A stretch of DNA of 64,000 nucleotides from Myxococcota bacterium (GCA_963674735.2 CAXXQS010000001.1:224001-288000), one strand, 5' to 3'; positions 20,702 through 31,100 are shown, counted from the stretch's first letter. Notes: generated from the sequence alone by a model not told the origin. Translations and numbers: made by a program.

Positions 20702-22546
20702 TCATCTTTGTTCCTGACATGAAACCCGGATATGGGTCAACAGACCGTTTGCCTCGCCACGATTGACCGGATGCAGGTAAAGGCGCACGCCGGGGGAGGG
20801 GGGAACGATCGACCAAGCGATTTCATTGGAGTTCGGGCCCGTTGGTTCGGTTGGCAGAACTTCGCGATCGCTTGTGATGCGATAGTGGGTGTTGGCCTGT
20901 CGCTCGTAAAGAATGGGGGCGTCGTCACGCAGTAGCAAGCGCAGATCCCAATCCTGGGGATCGGGGTACATGCCGCTGTTACCGGTCGCTTCCTGAATCT
21001 GCGCGGATACGACGAGCGAATCGCAGCCGGTTGGAATGTCGAGGTACGTTTGTATGTATGCGGTTGCGAGTGGGTAGCTCAGATCGCCGTCTTCGATGGT
21101 CATGAAAACGTTCCACATGCGGTTGAGCGTGCCGCCGAAGGACAGCAGACAGTCGGGCAGGCTGCCGTCGTGGCCGGAAAGATCTTTGGCCGGGATGGCT
21201 TGGAAAAGGCCGCGTTGGGTAAAAAGGTCTTGAATATCCTGCTTGTACGCGCCGAGATCTTCGGCTTCCAGCGTATCGAGAAAAGCCTGCGCATACTCGG
21301 CGAAGCTTTGCGAGCTGGTCGGGTCGTATATTGCCTGCAGGGTGAGTAGGAAAAGTCTGGTGAATCCATATACATCAAGGTCGGCTTGTTGTTCGAGAAG
21401 CTGGTAGGCGTCGTAGTTTGCCGCCGCCACAACCAGTCCGTCGAACTGGTCGATCCCGCGATGGTTGTCGGGAAAGATCGTGTTTTCGGCTATGTCGCGG
21501 CAGAAACCGGGACCGGCGATCTGGTCGATGTATTCGAAGAGTCGGTGACGGCCGGAAATCAAAAAGGTGGCGGTTTCGGCTAGTCCCTGCTCCAGGGCGT
21601 TGCTTTGATTGGTCAGGCCGTAGTTGTCGATGCGGATATTGAATTCCAATCCGGCCAGGCGGCGATTGAGGAGATGGCCGAACTCGTGATAGATGGTTTC
21701 GCCGTCATAGGCGAAGTCGGCTTTAGCGCCTTGTCCGAGGAGGATGAATTCGCCTTGGTTGGAAGGAAGCCCCATCATTCGGTCCATGCCCATGCTCAGG
21801 TGTTCCGCGGGAATGTACATCGCTTGATGAATGGGGAGCAGTTTGTCGGGAGCGGAGTTATGGTAATTGACCACGACGTTGATGGGGGCCGTTCCGTCGA
21901 GATCGGCGTGGGCTCCGGGGACGCGGTCGAACACGCCCACCTGCGGGTTGGTCATGTGTCGATAAGCCTTGGAAAGATGGTAGTAGGCCATGACTTCCGG
22001 ATGAATGTCATCCGCGTCGTAGGTGCCTGCAAGGGCGGCGTCCCAGTCTTCGTAGATGAAACTGCCGTTTTGATACTTGTTGGCGCGTTGACGTAGGGTA
22101 CAGATCCGCTGCGTCGAATTGTCGAGGGCGAGCCCTGTTTCCCCTTCGTCCACACAAGTGGTCACGCGCCACTTGCGTATGCCGAGTGCGTCTTGCGCGG
22201 CGGTAAGTTCGCCGTTTAAGTCGTCCGCCACTTCGGGCAATGTGACCAATTCGAGGTCGGGAGTGGCGATCGGATTGATTGGGAAAACCCGTGCAAGGTC
22301 CGTGGGTGAAGACGTTTCGCCTTCGAAGTCCTCGCGGTCTCTCTCGGCGGGGGTGTCGAAATCGCCATCGACGAAGGAGTCCGTATCCGTCTCCGGTGCA
22401 TCGGCTGGGTCTGAATCGGAGCTGTCCGATGTCTCCAGGCTGTCGATGTCACCATCCGTGTGATTGGGCCCTTCGTCCGATCCGTTACAGGATGTGAGAC
22501 AGAGAAAAGAAAGTAGCAACCATCCGAACAGGATCGCGATGCGCAT
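20702..22546 (-). CDS. Lipoprotein with M4/M36-like zinc metalloprotease domain
   Basis: Lipobox LTSC; EVMAYYH, DFAYDGETIYHEFGH. Confidence 0.7.
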   Translation of the reverse strand: MRIAILFGWLLLSFLCLTSCNGSDEGPNHTDGDIDSLETSDSSDSDPADAPETDTDSFVDGDFDTPAERDREDFEGETSSPTDLARVFPINPIATPDLELVTLPEVADDLNGELTAAQDALGIRKWRVTTCVDEGETGLALDNSTQRICTLRQRANKYQNGSFIYEDWDAALAGTYDADDIHPEVMAYYHLSKAYRHMTNPQVGVFDRVPGAHADLDGTAPINVVVNYHNSAPDKLLPIHQAMYIPAEHLSMGMDRMMGLPSNQGEFILLGQGAKADFAYDGETIYHEFGHLLNRRLAGLEFNIRIDNYGLTNQSNALEQGLAETATFLISGRHRLFEYIDQIAGPGFCRDIAENTIFPDNHRGIDQFDGLVVAAANYDAYQLLEQQADLDVYGFTRLFLLTLQAIYDPTSSQSFAEYAQAFLDTLEAEDLGAYKQDIQDLFTQRGLFQAIPAKDLSGHDGSLPDCLLSFGGTLNRMWNVFMTIEDGDLSYPLATAYIQTYLDIPTGCDSLVVSAQIQEATGNSGMYPDPQDWDLRLLLRDDAPILYERQANTHYRITSDREVLPTEPTGPNSNEIAWSIVPPSPGVRLYLHPVNRGEANGLLTHIRVSCQEQR

Positions 22547-22711
22547 CGTACCTCCTTATTGATCATGGAGCGTGTGTACTGTCACACGAATTTACAATGG
22601 AGGGGATGCGATCGAAAGGGACAATCGGCGAATAAAGATTATTTCTTCTCTGTGTAAAGCACAAATTGCGAAAACAGACTTAAATTCAATGAGATAGCCA
22701 AGCTCCCCCGG

Positions 22712-23923
22712 CTATGGCGCCACCTCGATGGCCAGGTCGTCGAGACGCAGTTCGAAATCGCCTTCGTTCCATTTGATGATGTGGAGGGTCACCTCGAAAT
22801 TCGAGGCATTCAGATCTTCCGGAATGGTGAAATCGCGAATGATCGTCTCCCACTGACCGTCGGCAGTGATTTCGTTGAAGTCCCAGTATTCCGTCAAGTA
22901 GTAACCCGCCGAGGAATCGCGCAGCATCAAGGAGAACTCGATATCACAATAGTCCAGTTCCGCCGGGCAGTTGAGCGGGCTGATACTCGTTTGGCCGCTG
23001 AAACGGAAACGCTGACCGTTTTTAAGCTTGGATGGGCTGACTTGTTGAGTGATCCAAAATTCTCGACCGTCCATTTCGGCGGGCAGAGCGAAACGGACGC
23101 AGTGCGTTCCTTCCGCGCAGTTCTGATTTTCGAGTGTGATCAGCGAGTCATCGTAACCGATCGCGCTCCAGGATGCGGCGAAATCCTGACTATTATTGAG
23201 AGTTTCGAAGCTTCCGTTGACGAGTACGTTCAGGTTCAGCGTGGTGGCCGAGACGATGTTACTGCCGCCCAGAAGACCGAATTCATCCATGACATAAACA
23301 CGGTAGAAGTAGTCGGTAAGCGGGTCCAGATCGTTGTCCACGAAATCGGTGGAATCGATTTCGGTCGAGACGTGGGCCAGGGTGCCGGTGTTTTCGTCCA
23401 GACCGGATGTTGTGTGGCGGTAGAGTTTATATTCACGGAATCCGGGATCTTCGGAAGCCGTCCAGGAAAGTGCAATTGAGGAATCGCTGATGTCGAGTGG
23501 TTTGTCCAGTTCCACGGCTTTCGGAAGAGTCAAGTCATTCATACGCAAATCGGCGTTGACTTGGATGACGAAGGAGCGTTCGGAGAACAGGTCGTCTTCC
23601 AGGGTTTTATGAATAACGACGGCGTGTTCACCCGCACTTACATCGAGGATTTCGAAATGGCCGTCCGAATCTGTTTGCGCTTGTAGATTGTAAGCGTTAT
23701 CGAGTTGGACGGTGGCGTTTTCCACGGTTTGACCCTGGTATTGCACGACGCCACTGACGGAGAATAGAGTCGTCGAGGTCGTGTCATTTTCCGATGAGTC
23801 GGGACTTTCGATCGTATCGATATCGCCATCTTCAGATGGGGAGTGGGAGAGGCGGTCCTGGCAGGCGACGCATACGACCAGAACGATCCCCAGTAGGCCG
23901 ATCATCAGTTGTGACGTGTTCAT
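22712..23923 (-). CDS. Lipoprotein: carboxypeptidase-regulatory-like + FN3 + carbohydrate-binding-like domain
   Basis: Lipobox CVAC; TDSDGHFEI; LSWTAS...YKLYR...LDPLTDYFYRV; LVNGSFE; GGAGG before ATG 23923. Confidence 0.75.
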   Translation of the reverse strand: MNTSQLMIGLLGIVLVVCVACQDRLSHSPSEDGDIDTIESPDSSENDTTSTTLFSVSGVVQYQGQTVENATVQLDNAYNLQAQTDSDGHFEILDVSAGEHAVVIHKTLEDDLFSERSFVIQVNADLRMNDLTLPKAVELDKPLDISDSSIALSWTASEDPGFREYKLYRHTTSGLDENTGTLAHVSTEIDSTDFVDNDLDPLTDYFYRVYVMDEFGLLGGSNIVSATTLNLNVLVNGSFETLNNSQDFAASWSAIGYDDSLITLENQNCAEGTHCVRFALPAEMDGREFWITQQVSPSKLKNGQRFRFSGQTSISPLNCPAELDYCDIEFSLMLRDSSAGYYLTEYWDFNEITADGQWETIIRDFTIPEDLNASNFEVTLHIIKWNEGDFELRLDDLAIEVAP

Positions 23924-24007
23924 CGCTAACCTCCAACTGTAATTACAGCTCAATAGTTACATATAGCATGTTGCGGTGAAGAGTTGAAGGCGAAATGAAA
24001 AAAAATG

Positions 24008-24036
24008 AAAAACGGGACTGCCCGAAAGCAGTCCCG
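24008..24036 (-). terminator. Intrinsic terminator
   Basis: Perfect CGGGACTGC/GCAGTCCCG stem with a U-tract on the minus strand. Confidence 0.8.
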
Positions 24037-24059
24037 CATCAAGATCGAGAGTGGCGCGA

Positions 24060-25310
24060 TTACAGGTTGTTGATGTTATCGCAGATAGTTTTGGCCGTTT
24101 CCGGGTCGCCTGAGTAGAAGGCGTCGGAGGCGGCATCCAGTGCTTCGGACACCAAACTGTCGGGTTGACCGTCGCGGTCGGTGTCTACGTAACTGTTCAG
24201 GAAAAGCTCGCCGTATTCGATGTTGAGCCGCGTCGCCATGCATTGCTGTTGAGCGCGCTGCTTCATCTTGGCCTTTTTCAGCCATAGAATGGCATGCAGA
24301 TCTTCCAGACTATTCGCTACGGCACCAAAGCTTTCCAATGGCAACCAGCTGGTAAGCGTGCTCGCGGGGACGTGTACTTTTCCTTTACCGCTAAGGTTGC
24401 TTTTGGTCTGATGCTTCCAAAAGCCGATGGTGCGGGGATCGCCATAGCCCACCGGTTCGTCTTTGAAGGTTTCCGAAGCCGACAATTCGCAGCCCGTTCC
24501 GACGTCGTAAGCCACGAGATCTTGTGCACCGTCGATGAGGATGCGCAGCAGCGGAAATCCATCCGAGAAAGCGGAGACGGTCAGTTCATCCGAGTCCGAG
24601 ACGCCGGGAAGAGTCAGGGTAGGGGCGGCATTCAGATCGATCAAAGCGACAATCTGACCCGCATCATCCGTGACTCCCTGGGCATCGCTGGGAGAGATGA
24701 AGACGCCTTGGCTCGTTTGAAGCATCACTTCCTGTCCGGCAACCGGGTTTCCGTCTTGAGTGAGGGTGATCACGGCTTGGGCTGTACTGGCATCGAGGAG
24801 GGTGATTTCGATGTCGAAAGCGCCTTGTGCTCCGCACATCAGAGGACACTGACCCAGCGATTCGAGGGCCAAAGCAGTGGCAAATTCGTCGATTGCCGCA
24901 TTATCGGAGGTCGTCTCAAGATTGGGGGCATACAGCAGTTTCCAGATCGCCAACTGAATCGCCGAGCCCGAGTCGTCGTCCAGAGCTTGATTGTACTTCA
25001 GCAGGTGAGCGATCTCACACCAGGGCGAGGTCGCTTCGGCGAAAAAGATATCGGCTGTATAAAGCGTATCGCCCTCGATCGGGGTATACAGATCTGCGCA
25101 GTAGCCATGGCCGAAGATTCCGTTAATAAGCAGCTCGAATTCCGCCGTAAAGCGATGGCCTACGAAATCGCCGTCCTGGAAGATCGCCGACCGCCCATGG
25201 GTGGACAAGCCGGTCGCCTGGGCCGTCCCTTCTTCGGCTTGTGCCGATTGGCCAAGCAGACCGAAGCCAAGGATCGCCGCCATAGTCAGATAAGCCATAT
25301 AGCGTTTCAT
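24060..25310 (-). CDS. Secreted protein with putative thioester (TED/TQXA-like) domain and C-terminal TIGFWK domain
   Basis: Signal peptide ending AQA; GYCADL, AIQLAIW, Ig-like insert, GAQDLV. Confidence 0.65.
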   Translation of the reverse strand: MKRYMAYLTMAAILGFGLLGQSAQAEEGTAQATGLSTHGRSAIFQDGDFVGHRFTAEFELLINGIFGHGYCADLYTPIEGDTLYTADIFFAEATSPWCEIAHLLKYNQALDDDSGSAIQLAIWKLLYAPNLETTSDNAAIDEFATALALESLGQCPLMCGAQGAFDIEITLLDASTAQAVITLTQDGNPVAGQEVMLQTSQGVFISPSDAQGVTDDAGQIVALIDLNAAPTLTLPGVSDSDELTVSAFSDGFPLLRILIDGAQDLVAYDVGTGCELSASETFKDEPVGYGDPRTIGFWKHQTKSNLSGKGKVHVPASTLTSWLPLESFGAVANSLEDLHAILWLKKAKMKQRAQQQCMATRLNIEYGELFLNSYVDTDRDGQPDSLVSEALDAASDAFYSGDPETAKTICDNINNL

Positions 25311-25675
25311 GATTCACTCCTCTTTCTGAGGTTGGTTTAAATGGACAAATCCACTATAATCGTTATAATTTCTAAAACCACTAAAACTCATATCATCTCT
25401 TTTGTCAATGTATTAATTCGTATCTCGGTGAAAAAGTTAGCAACTACTAACAATCGTGTAAGTAAAAGTGGGTATAGCCGACTTAAAAATTCCAATAAAA
25501 ACCCTCGCCACTTATTCCATTGGAGAAATCCGGCGGAGATGCGCGTAAACCTTAATTGAATGAGGTGCTGCTGGGAAATCGGGGAGACTGCCCATGGAAG
25601 GTCCAGGATTGATCGATTGTCTTCCTCATCTATCTTCGATCAAGCTTTGTTTTTCGTTTTTAGCAGGGATTCATG

Positions 25676-25704
25676 AAAAAAATCCCCGCCCAGTGGCGAG
25701 GATT
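25676..25704 (-). terminator. Probable intrinsic terminator
   Basis: AATCCCCGCC/GGCGAGGATT stem with a U-tract on the minus strand, downstream of the chemoreceptor. Confidence 0.6.
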
Positions 25705-25777
25705 GTGTTGACGGTCTGACAGGGGCTATGAAGACCAGTTGCGTTCGTTGATCTGCCGTGAGCGGGCAAACGACAGC

Positions 25778-27913
25778 CTAAAAGTCCTCGAAATCCTCGT
25801 CGTCATCGAGCGGAATGATCGATTTCGGAGAGAGTTGTAGGGTGGCTTTACCGTTTGATTTCTTTGCCGGAACGGCTGGCTGGAATCGGGACGAAACCGG
25901 GCGACGAAGCGCTTGGGACGTCCTCTCGGTCCGATCGTTTTGGATTTTAAATTGGCCGACCAGGCTTGCCAGCTCTTCCGCCTGACTCGAAAGTTCTTGT
26001 GAAGCGCTGGATGATTCCTCGGCGTTAGCCGCGTTTTGTTGGGTAACGGTGTCCATCTGCGATACGGCCTGGTTCACTTGCTCGATACCGCGTCCCTGTT
26101 CTTGGCTTGCGGCCGCGATTTCGCGTACCATATCGGCCACTTTTTGAATGGAATCGGCCACTTCGGAGAGCTTTCCTTCCACTTGACCGGATATCTGTTC
26201 GCCGTTTGTCGAAAGACTGACTGACTGGTTGATCAGCTGTTCGGTTCGCTGTGCCGCTTCTTTCGATCGCAGGGCCAGGTTGCGTACTTCTTCGGCCACA
26301 ACGGCAAATCCGCGTCCGGCTTCTCCGGCACGCGCGGCTTCGACCGCGGCATTAAGCGCCAATAAGTTGGTTTGGAACGCGATTTCGTTGATATCGCGGA
26401 TGATCTGGGCCGTACCTTCGGCTGCGGTGCGGATCTTTCCCATGGCTTCGATCATCTGGCGCATGGACTCGCCGCCTTCCTGGGTGGACACGATGGCGGT
26501 TTGCGCCATGCTGTTGGCCTGCTGGGCGTTGTCGGCATTCTGGTTGGTCATGCTGGCCATTTCTTCCAGACTAGCGGAAGTTTCCTCTAGCGACGAAGCT
26601 TGTTCGGAGGCTCCCTGGGCAACGGACTGGCTGCTGGCGGCGATTTGTCCGGTGGCGGAGGTGACCTGCTCGGCGGACTGGGCGACCTGCATCATGGTGT
26701 CATGTTGGGCGGCGATGGCCGTGTTGAGAGCTTCGGCAATCTTCAGAAAATCTCCCTGATATTGGCCTTCGGCTCGCGCCATCAGATTCTTATCGGCCAG
26801 TTCTTCCGCGACATGGGTGATATCGCGCAAAATGACTTTGCGCTCGGAGATATCCGTGACGTGTTCGAGTGCGCCGATTACTTTTCCTTGGCTGTCTTTC
26901 AGCGGGGCGGCCATGTATTCCACCGGGAGATTGGCACCTTTCGGATCGGAGACGGTTTCACCGACGTGCACCGTTCCGGAGTCCATGGCACGGCGACAGC
27001 GGCACTCGGGTGTTTGGCAATGGGTGGTGCGGAAGAGGTCGTAGCATTTCCGCCCGATGGCGGATTCCGGTGTGAGGCCCAATAAGCGCGCGCCTTCGGG
27101 GTTCATGAATTGCACGTTGAAGTCGGTGTCGATGGTCATGATGGGAGTGGGGATGTTGTTTAGATAATTGACCTTCAGATCGGCATCGTCCAGAGCGCTT
27201 CTAAGCGTGGACACATCGAGGACATTTTCGATTGCGCCCACGATTTCGCCTTTGTCGTTGCGGATCGGTACGCCGATATACTCGATCGGCAGGTTGAGTC
27301 CGCTTGGATCGGCGACCGTCTGGCCACGATGGATTTCGCCGCTTCTCATGGCTTGGTCGCAGCGGCATTCAGACGTGCGGCAGTGGGGCGTCTTGAACAG
27401 ATCGTAGCATTTCTGACCCAGAGCTTGGTCGGGAGTCATCCCGATGAGTGTGGCTCCGGATTGATTGATGTAGGTAACCGTGAAGGAGCGATCGATGGCG
27501 ACGACCGGTGTCGGAACCAGCTCCAAATGTTTTTGGGCGCTTCGGGCTTCATTGAGCCTACTGTAGTGTGTCAACGTTGCGACCACCATCGAGGTACGGC
27601 CCTGTTTGTCGGTAATGGGCGAGGCGCTGAAGGCGACTTTTTTAGTTTGATCGCTTTGGCGAATGGGCAGGGAATACGCGGAATAATCCGCGGCCCGGCC
27701 GGTTCTCCAGGCATCGGCGATTGGATTGACGCCGTTGAGACCAAGAAAAGTATCGGGGCGCGAGCCTATGGCTTCGGAACTTGATATACCGGTCAGATTT
27801 TCCAGAGCACTGTTCCATAGGGTCACGTTTTGCTGCTTGTCCACAACGAGCGTGGGAGAAGGGCTGTTTTGGAGGATCGCTTTCAGGTTTTGGGTAGGGC
27901 TGAAAAAATTCAT
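25778..27913 (-). CDS. Cytoplasmic methyl-accepting chemotaxis protein with three PAS domains
   Basis: [34 protein letters not shown]; no TM helix; C-terminal DFEDF pentapeptide-like tail. Confidence 0.95.
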   Translation of the reverse strand: MNFFSPTQNLKAILQNSPSPTLVVDKQQNVTLWNSALENLTGISSSEAIGSRPDTFLGLNGVNPIADAWRTGRAADYSAYSLPIRQSDQTKKVAFSASPITDKQGRTSMVVATLTHYSRLNEARSAQKHLELVPTPVVAIDRSFTVTYINQSGATLIGMTPDQALGQKCYDLFKTPHCRTSECRCDQAMRSGEIHRGQTVADPSGLNLPIEYIGVPIRNDKGEIVGAIENVLDVSTLRSALDDADLKVNYLNNIPTPIMTIDTDFNVQFMNPEGARLLGLTPESAIGRKCYDLFRTTHCQTPECRCRRAMDSGTVHVGETVSDPKGANLPVEYMAAPLKDSQGKVIGALEHVTDISERKVILRDITHVAEELADKNLMARAEGQYQGDFLKIAEALNTAIAAQHDTMMQVAQSAEQVTSATGQIAASSQSVAQGASEQASSLEETSASLEEMASMTNQNADNAQQANSMAQTAIVSTQEGGESMRQMIEAMGKIRTAAEGTAQIIRDINEIAFQTNLLALNAAVEAARAGEAGRGFAVVAEEVRNLALRSKEAAQRTEQLINQSVSLSTNGEQISGQVEGKLSEVADSIQKVADMVREIAAASQEQGRGIEQVNQAVSQMDTVTQQNAANAEESSSASQELSSQAEELASLVGQFKIQNDRTERTSQALRRPVSSRFQPAVPAKKSNGKATLQLSPKSIIPLDDDEDFEDF

Positions 27914-28479
27914 ACTGTTTCTCCGTTCAGCTTAAGATGGATAGGTAAAAATACTTATCCGTATGTGATCTATGGAATGTGATTACTTACATGAAGGTAA
28001 ATCGTAAAAAGCAAAAAATTCTTGAAGGAATAATTGCAAGAAAAGGTAAATAATCATATGAACTATTATTTAATTACGACTCCACAATGTCATAACAATA
28101 GTAGTGATAATAATATTTTACAAAGTTACACATAGCTTTCTCGTGGAAAACGTCGCTATATCAATCAGACAATCTGATCAATTGTGCTTGGACCGATTTC
28201 GTTTTGCCTGGCTATTCACGAGTTGTTGGAATTGAGCAGAAATGTTGAAAATTGGTCAGTAATCAGGCCGTAGAATTCTGGCGGGTACTACGTGGTAATA
28301 CGTATTGCGCGGATTGGTTCTCCAGGCCGTGTTTAGGGGTCGGAGTCGGGTGGTTCTGGTCGCATGCTACGTGCAATTAAAGACGGGAGGGTTCTTGAGG
28401 GTTTGGTCAGAGGAGACGCAATAGTTACAGGGTCGACTCGTAAAAGTGAATCGGACCCTCTCCCCATTGCTTTCATCAC

Positions 28480-28516
28480 AAAAAAACGGGCACCTACGAA
28501 ATTCGTAAGTGCCCGT
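28480..28516 (-). terminator. Intrinsic terminator after tRNA-Leu
   Basis: ACGGGCAC..ACGAA/TTCGT..GTGCCCGT stem followed by a T-run on the minus strand. Confidence 0.75.
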
Positions 28517-28524
28517 AATTGCTA

Positions 28525-28609
28525 TGGTGCCCAAGGCCGGACTCGAACCGGCACGGGTCTCCCCACTACCCCCTCAAGATAGCGTGTCTACCAGTTCCAC
28601 CACTTGGGC
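28525..28609 (-). tRNA. tRNA-Leu(GAG)
   Basis: GCCCAAG acceptor stem, GGTAGAC D-loop, CTATC-TTGAGGG-GGTAG anticodon arm, long variable arm, GGTTCGAGTCC, encoded CCA; downstream of secG. Confidence 0.97.
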
Positions 28610-28670
28610 ATCCTATCAGAGAACCGGCGGCCAAGGTGCAGGTGGTGCGCCTAGGTCGCGAATTCGCGTT

Positions 28671-29084
28671 TTACTTGCCTTCGACCGGCTCAGCTTCTTC
28701 CACGGGAACCGGATCCTCGGCGACAACCGCTTCGTCAGCCGGAGCGGCCTTTTCACCGTCGTGCATGGTCGGCTCGGTGGGAACCGCCGCTGCCGCTTCT
28801 TCCGCCGGTTCGGCCGGTTCGGCCTGCTGCGCCGTCACTTCGTCGACCAGCGAGGCTGTCGAACTGGACAGGTAAGCCAGCGACATGGAAGTCAGCATGA
28901 AGATGATCGCCGCACCGGCGGTGATCTTGCCGAGGAAGCTCATTCCACCTGACGCGCCGAAGACCGTCTGGGAAGAACCGCCGAAAGCCGCGCCCATACC
29001 GGAGCCTTTTCCGGCCTGCAACAGGACGGTCAGGATCATGAATATGGCCACGATAATGTGGATAATCGTCAAAAACACAGTCAT
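28671..29084 (-). CDS. secG: Preprotein translocase subunit SecG
   Basis: VLLQAGKGSGMGAAFGGSSQTVFG...FLGKIT; two TM helices and an acidic tail. Confidence 0.96.
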   Translation of the reverse strand: MTVFLTIIHIIVAIFMILTVLLQAGKGSGMGAAFGGSSQTVFGASGGMSFLGKITAGAAIIFMLTSMSLAYLSSSTASLVDEVTAQQAEPAEPAEEAAAAVPTEPTMHDGEKAAPADEAVVAEDPVPVEEAEPVEGK

Positions 29085-29196
29085 TTAAACCACCTCCGGA
29101 ATTTCCGGGTGCAACGGGGGAACACTTATACAAGATGTTCCGGGCCTTGTCAAATAAAAATCGACTCCGAGTCGACGCGAAAGAAAAGCCCTGAAA

Positions 29197-29556
29197 TTAC
29201 TGCTTATTTTCAGGACCTGACTCGGTTGTCTTCGGGACGTCGCGTGCCTCGTTACGAAGCTTTCCGGCCATACGCAGCCCTAAAACCAGGGCCGATGCCA
29301 GCAGTACAAGTTTCAGCAAGATCGACCAGGTTTCACTGACGATCAATGCTTCGAGGGCATGGTCGATGCCGACCAGCAGGATCAACAAGGCGATAAACGG
29401 GGTTGATCCCTTGGCGATGCGTTCTCCCAACTCCTGGTTGGTCGCCGTCAATCCTTGCTCCAGCAGGCGCGGTAGGAAGAAATAGACGCCGATGGCGCTG
29501 AAGCTCGTGGCTAGCAGCCAGACAATCGCACTCATCCAATCCGCTTGGGGGTTCAT
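29197..29556 (-). CDS. Hypothetical three-TM membrane protein
   Basis: GAGGAGG RBS and three hydrophobic segments. Confidence 0.65.
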   Translation of the reverse strand: MNPQADWMSAIVWLLATSFSAIGVYFFLPRLLEQGLTATNQELGERIAKGSTPFIALLILLVGIDHALEALIVSETWSILLKLVLLASALVLGLRMAGKLRNEARDVPKTTESGPENKQ

Positions 29557-29625
29557 ACGCGCCTCCTCATTGAACAGCGATTGTACCCAAAAGTTCGGGT
29601 GCTGTCGAGAAATCCGTGAACGGCG

Positions 29626-29653
29626 TTGATTCCCTGGCGGGGAGAGCTATAAT
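29626..29653 (+). promoter_or_regulatory. Sigma70-type promoter upstream of the thiE-like gene
   Basis: TTGATT-16 nt-TATAAT. Confidence 0.55.
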
Positions 29654-29694
29654 AGAAGCGAGAAGCCGTGCTTGTGCCGTATTGAGGAATGTGA

Positions 29695-30336
29695 ATGGAT
29701 TTCGACGATCGGTTGTATGCGATCAGCGACCGGCGGGCCTGTCGGCCGCTATCGTTGCCTGAGGCTTGGCAGGCCGCCCTGGAAGGGGGGAGCCGGCTTT
29801 TGCAGTTGCGCGAGAAAGACCTGGACGACGACGCGTTGTTGTCTTTGGCGATTGTGCTGCGTGAACGTTGCAGCCGCTACGGCGCAAAACTGTTTGTCAA
29901 CCGCCGGGTGGAGGTCGCGTTTCGCAGCGGAGCCGACGGTCTGCATGTCGGCTTCGATGCCCTGGATCGAATTCTCGGGTGGAAACGCGAGGCCGGTCGA
30001 CCGTTCGGAGTGGGTGTTTCCACTCATAGCCGGGCGGAGGCTTTGGAGGCAGAGGCGGCGGGCGCGGATTTCGTCACCCTGGGGCCGGTGTTCGATACCC
30101 CGTCGAAACGCGGGATGGGCGAGCCGTTAGGGATCGAGGTTGTCGCTCAAGCGGTTGCCGATTGCCGCATCCCGGTTTTCGCTTTGGGCGGAATCACCGT
30201 GGATCGATTGGCGGATTTGCGTCGGGCGGGCATTCGGCGCGTGGGCGCGATCCGGTCTGTCTTGGCGCAAGCGGACATCGAAGCGGCGGTTCGCCGTCTG
30301 TTGTATAACTTGGAGAGGGAATTTGATGAAGGCTGA
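29695..30336 (+). CDS. thiE: Thiamine-phosphate synthase family protein (ThiE/TenI)
   Basis: LQLREKDL, ADGLH, GVSTHS, GPVFDTPSK, PVFALGGI. TenI cannot be excluded. Confidence 0.8.
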   Translation: MDFDDRLYAISDRRACRPLSLPEAWQAALEGGSRLLQLREKDLDDDALLSLAIVLRERCSRYGAKLFVNRRVEVAFRSGADGLHVGFDALDRILGWKREAGRPFGVGVSTHSRAEALEAEAAGADFVTLGPVFDTPSKRGMGEPLGIEVVAQAVADCRIPVFALGGITVDRLADLRRAGIRRVGAIRSVLAQADIEAAVRRLLYNLEREFDEG

Positions 30337-30958
30337 GCTTCAACGTATTCGCCAGCGATTGACCGATTATTCATTTCGACGTCTCGATGATGGCGAGTAC
30401 ACCCGGTTTACGCCGTCGGCGGTGTTGCTGCCGTTGTTTGTCAAGGACGATCAGCTTCAAGTGCTGTTCACCAAGCGCACCCAGACGGTGAAACACCATA
30501 AAGGGCAGATCAGTTTTCCCGGCGGACGGCGCGACCCGGAGGATGATTCGCAGCTCGACTGCGCTCTGCGTGAAACCGAAGAGGAACTCGGGATTCCCGC
30601 ATCGTCGATCGAGGTGTTGGGACGCCTCGACGAAGTGCCGGTTATCAGTTATTACCGGATTATGCCCTTCGTCGGTGTTTTGCCTTATCCCGTGGAGTTC
30701 ACGCTCAGTGAGGACGAAATCGACCGTTTGATCATCGTGCCGCTCAGGCATTTCATGAAACCTGGCATTCACAGCGTCACGCCGCATGAATTTCACAATC
30801 GCGAATACCCGATACACTTCTACGATACGGGCGACGACACCATATGGGGCGCGACCGGCCGCATTCTGACTCAGTTTCTGCAGGTCTGCTGCGACTACAT
30901 TCCTCCGGCTTACCAAAGCTATCTCGAACGGCGGGCCGCCGGGCGGCTCCATCCTTGA
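30326..30958 (+). CDS. Nudix hydrolase, CoA pyrophosphatase type
   Basis: SAVLLP, FTKR...HKGQISFPGG, ALRETEEELG, IWGATG. Confidence 0.92.
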   Translation: MKAELQRIRQRLTDYSFRRLDDGEYTRFTPSAVLLPLFVKDDQLQVLFTKRTQTVKHHKGQISFPGGRRDPEDDSQLDCALRETEEELGIPASSIEVLGRLDEVPVISYYRIMPFVGVLPYPVEFTLSEDEIDRLIIVPLRHFMKPGIHSVTPHEFHNREYPIHFYDTGDDTIWGATGRILTQFLQVCCDYIPPAYQSYLERRAAGRLHP

Positions 30959-31100
30959 ACGAGTTTTTTCGATACTGGATCGCCGTGATGCGGTTTTTCG
31001 ACCCGAGAGGTGAAGGGTCGCGATTGACCGTTATTTAAAAGCATGCTATAAACGCGCATTTCGACAACCCGCGCGATGACCGCTTTGATTGGAGATCGGC

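Noticed and set aside
19130-28609. Genomic island integrated at tRNA-Leu
   Set aside because: No integrase, and I found no duplicated tRNA 3' end; the tRNA is followed by an ordinary terminator.
29557-29694. TPP riboswitch upstream of thiE
   Set aside because: No CTGAGA-type core, and the putative promoter leaves only about 35 nt of leader.
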